A DNA stretch of 64,000 bases from an uncultured Gemmataceae bacterium (GTDB lineage: Bacteria > Planctomycetota > Planctomycetia > Gemmatales > Gemmataceae). The translations under genes were made by a program, and so were the position numbers. The notes beneath the pieces are model-generated. The model searched no databases, was not told the DNA's origin, and saw nothing but the letters and a program-made list of their open reading frames with translations. Below are positions 61,901-64,000 of the stretch, one piece after another. Numbering within the stretch: the first letter of the stretch is position 1; each line of letters opens with the position of its first letter. Location: assembly GCA_963750165.1 (NCBI GenBank), contig CAVVPN010000011.1, forward strand, positions 2,284,270 to 2,348,269, written 5' to 3'.

Positions 61901-61968
61901 GGCCGGACGAGGTGACGCGGTGGCGGGCCGAGCGGAAGCAGTACCCGCCGCCGCCGCAGAGGAAGTGA
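58921..61968 (+). CDS. Ser/Thr kinase with TM segment and TPR repeats
   Basis: LGEGGMG, HRDLKP, DFG, GT..YMAPE; MNNLA TPR repeats. Confidence 0.95.
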   Translation: MNELDLFTQALAHTDPAKRAAFLDQACAGNPDLRRRLDELLAGHARADSPLDQPPAAGATAALPPAPDAATGAFGATPPADRQTAPAVALGTVLAGRYTLVQKLGEGGMGEVWVASQAEPVRRQVALKVIKTGKDSKAVLARFEQERQALALMDHPNIARVYDGGSTAAGQPFFVMELVNGLPLTHFCDEARLTPRQRLELFLPICQAVQHAHQKGIIHRDLKPANILVTLIDGKPVPKVIDFGIAKATAGKLTDESLSTQFGAVLGTFEYMAPEQAGFSGEDIDTRADLYSLGVILYELLTGLRPLDAQRLKKAGLAEMVRVIREEEPSRPSTRLSTDASLPALAALRQTEPKKLAALLRGELDWVVMKCLEKQRDRRYETANALARDVQRYLADEPVEARPPSAGYRLGKFLKRHRGPVLAASLVLVALLAGILGTTWGLVEARRQEYEAKRQEQLARDEAAAKEQARAAEAVHRAVAEAQTRKALQAAAAEKAANDQAQKRLQQIEKANDLLGSIFQNLDPKEIARTDRPLQAILVAQLDRAVEQLEGEAVGDPVVVATLQDRFGRSLLALGAPGKAVVLLEKARATRQARLGPDDPGTLSTMNNLAAAYLEAGDQGRALDLFEETLRRSRARLGPEHNDTLSTMINLGCAYTEAGKLDLARPLLEEALGLAKARLGLDHTDTLNAMNNLARVNLEAGKLDLAVPLYEEALGHCKARFGPDEPDTLNAMHNLASAYQRAGKLDLAQPLFEETLRRRKARLGPDHPNTLATMNGLGVVYWRGKQLGKSIPLFEETLRRQEAKLGRGHEDTQLTVVNLGVNYRDAGRFKEALPLLEEAVRAAQKYPSLRGARVSLLNAYAQAGEYARAVPLVREYLPEARKQMPKDSAQLANLLAMGGAGLLELRHWDEAEPLLRECLAIRTKAQPDTWFVFNTQSQLGGALLGQKKYADAEPLLLAGYAGMKQCEKTIPSPALIRLPEALDRLIELYTATNRPDEVTRWRAERKQYPPPPQRK

Positions 61969-62130
61969 AGGCGGGTCATCCGGCGACGGGAGCGTTCCCG
62001 CCGGGCAAGCAGTGCCGGCCTGGAGTACGGCGACTTTCCCGCCGAGGTAGAAAATTTTCTGAACGCACTGCGCGATTCGGCCGCCGATTCCGCATTGGGG
62101 GGGACGAACCACCCTGTTCTGGAGTTTGCC

Positions 62131-64000
62131 ATGAACGAACTCGAACTCTTCACCGCGGCCGTGGGCATCGTCGATGCAGCGGAGCGCGCCGCGTTCCTTG
62201 ACCAGGCGTGTGCCGGCAACCCGGACCTGCGCCGCCGGCTCGACGAACTCCTGGCCGGCCACGCCCGGGCGGACAGCCCGCTTGACCGTCCGCCGGTCGC
62301 GCCGGCCGCCCTGGCGACCGGGGAGCACGCACCGGACGGGGTCACAGCCACCTTCGCCGACACGCCCGCACCCGCCGGCCGGCACACCGCGCCCGCCTTC
62401 GCGCTGGGCACGGTCCTCGCCGGCCGCTACACCATCGTCGAACTCCTCGGCGAGGGCGGCATGGGCACGGTCTACCGCGCCACGCAGAGCGAGCCGGTCC
62501 GGCGGCAGGTGGCGCTCAAGGTCATCAAGACGGGCAAGGACTCGAAGGCGGTGCTGGCCCGCTTCGACGCCGAGCGGCAGGCGCTGGCCCTGATGGACCA
62601 CCCGAACATCGCCCGCGTCTATGACGGCGGCAGCACCGCGGCCGGCCAGCCGTTCTTCGTCATGGAGCTGGTGCAGGGCGTGCCGCTGACCGAATACTGC
62701 GACACGCAGCGGCTGACGGTGGACGCCCGGCTGCTGTTGTTCGTGGCGGTCTGCCAGGCGGTGCAGCACGCCCACCAGAAGGGGATCATCCACCGCGACC
62801 TCAAGCCGGGCAACGTGCTGGTCACGGAGGTCGATGGCCGGCCGACGCCCAAGGTGATCGACTTCGGCGTGGCCAAGGCCACCGAGCAGCCGTTGACCGA
62901 CCAGAGCTTCGCCGACACCGGGGCCATCGTCGGCACGCCGGCGTACATGTCGCCGGAGCAGGCCAACCCGTCCGCGATGGACGTCGATACCCGAACCGAC
63001 GTGTACGCCCTCGGGGTCATGCTCTACGAACTGCTCACCGGCGCGCCGCCGCTCGACACCAGGCAGTTCAAGCGCAGGGCGCTCCTGGAGATGCTGCGGA
63101 TGGTGCGCGAGGTCGAACCGCCGCGGCCGAGCGCGAAGTTGAGCACGGCCGACGCCCTGCCGGACATCGCCGCCAACCGCAGCATCGAGCCGGACAAGCT
63201 GGCGAAGTTGCTGCAAGGGGAACTCGACTGGGTGGTGATGAAGGCGCTCGAGAAGGACCGTACGCGACGCTACGACACGGCCAACGGGCTGGCCCGCGAC
63301 ATCCAGCGCTACCTCGCGGATGAGGTGGTGGAGGCCCGGCCGCCGAGCGCGGGGTATCGGCTGCAGAAGTTCGTCCGCCGGCACAAGGGTCAGGTGCTGG
63401 CGGCGAGCCTGGTGCTGCTGGCGCTGGTGGGCGGGGTGGTCGGCACGAGCCTCGGCCTGGTGCAGGCGACCGCGGCCGCCCAGAAGGAGCGCGACGCCAA
63501 CGCCGCCGCCCAGGCCGCCCGCACCGCGGCCGAGCACGCCGAGGCGAAGGAGCGCGCGGCGAAGCTCGCGGCCCAGGAGTCGGCGGTCAAGGAGAAAGAG
63601 GCGGCGGAGAAGGAGAAAGCAGCGGCGGCCCGGGAGAAGACGGCCCGGGAGCAAGAGGCGACCCAGCGGGCCGCGGCCGAGAAGGCCCGCGACCGTACCC
63701 GCGACGTGCTGGACGCCATGGTCTCGAACGTCACCGGCGATTCGCTGACCACCCAGAAGGAGATCAGCGCGGAGCAGAAGAAGTTCCTGGAGAGCGTGCT
63801 CGGTTACTACCGCGAGTTCGCCGGCGAGAATCCCGATGACGAACGCTCCCGCGCGCGCCATGCACAGGCCGCGTTTCGCGTGGGAACGATCGAGGATCGC
63901 CTGGGGCGCAAGGAGGAATCCGCGGCGGCGTTCCGCATCGCTCGGGATGGCTACGCTTCGCTCGCCGCCGAGTTCCCCGCTGTGCCCGACTATCGCCATG
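62131..64000 (+). CDS. Second paralogous Ser/Thr kinase (3' partial)
   Basis: MNELELF start near-identical to the preceding kinase; HRDLKP, DFG; frame runs off the window end. Confidence 0.9.
   Translation, partial: MNELELFTAAVGIVDAAERAAFLDQACAGNPDLRRRLDELLAGHARADSPLDRPPVAPAALATGEHAPDGVTATFADTPAPAGRHTAPAFALGTVLAGRYTIVELLGEGGMGTVYRATQSEPVRRQVALKVIKTGKDSKAVLARFDAERQALALMDHPNIARVYDGGSTAAGQPFFVMELVQGVPLTEYCDTQRLTVDARLLLFVAVCQAVQHAHQKGIIHRDLKPGNVLVTEVDGRPTPKVIDFGVAKATEQPLTDQSFADTGAIVGTPAYMSPEQANPSAMDVDTRTDVYALGVMLYELLTGAPPLDTRQFKRRALLEMLRMVREVEPPRPSAKLSTADALPDIAANRSIEPDKLAKLLQGELDWVVMKALEKDRTRRYDTANGLARDIQRYLADEVVEARPPSAGYRLQKFVRRHKGQVLAASLVLLALVGGVVGTSLGLVQATAAAQKERDANAAAQAARTAAEHAEAKERAAKLAAQESAVKEKEAAEKEKAAAAREKTAREQEATQRAAAEKARDRTRDVLDAMVSNVTGDSLTTQKEISAEQKKFLESVLGYYREFAGENPDDERSRARHAQAAFRVGTIEDRLGRKEESAAAFRIARDGYASLAAEFPAVPDYRH

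Overview
High-GC bacterial DNA with a gene content typical of Planctomycetota (Gemmataceae-like): DUF1549/1553, DUF1501, TIGR03067, ECF sigma + Ser/Thr kinase pairs and many WD40 proteins. Most of the window is housekeeping or accessory (rpiB, thyA-folA, putA, sbcDC, selA, selB, a toxin-antitoxin pair). The standout is a ~15 kb minus-strand retron locus at 11432-26590. A myxobacterial Mx162-type reverse transcriptase ends an operon of BRCT-domain, WD40+HEAT (2134 aa) and SWIM/WGR proteins. No msr-msd lies directly upstream of the RT. Instead, three complete tandem msr-msd-like ncRNA units sit ~13 kb upstream at the head of the operon. Each has its own a1/a2 inverted repeats, a candidate branching G, conserved msr stems and a conserved loop, but a different 28-30 bp msd stem. 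Two units have their own sigma70-like promoter and one has its own terminator. A RAYT transposase with GTAG REPs is inserted in this operon, and a 6S-like structured RNA lies next to the RT. Six genes are frameshifted at GCGC runs and there are several chimeric or deletion junctions, so sequence errors are likely. All family assignments come from motif recognition by eye; no searches were run.
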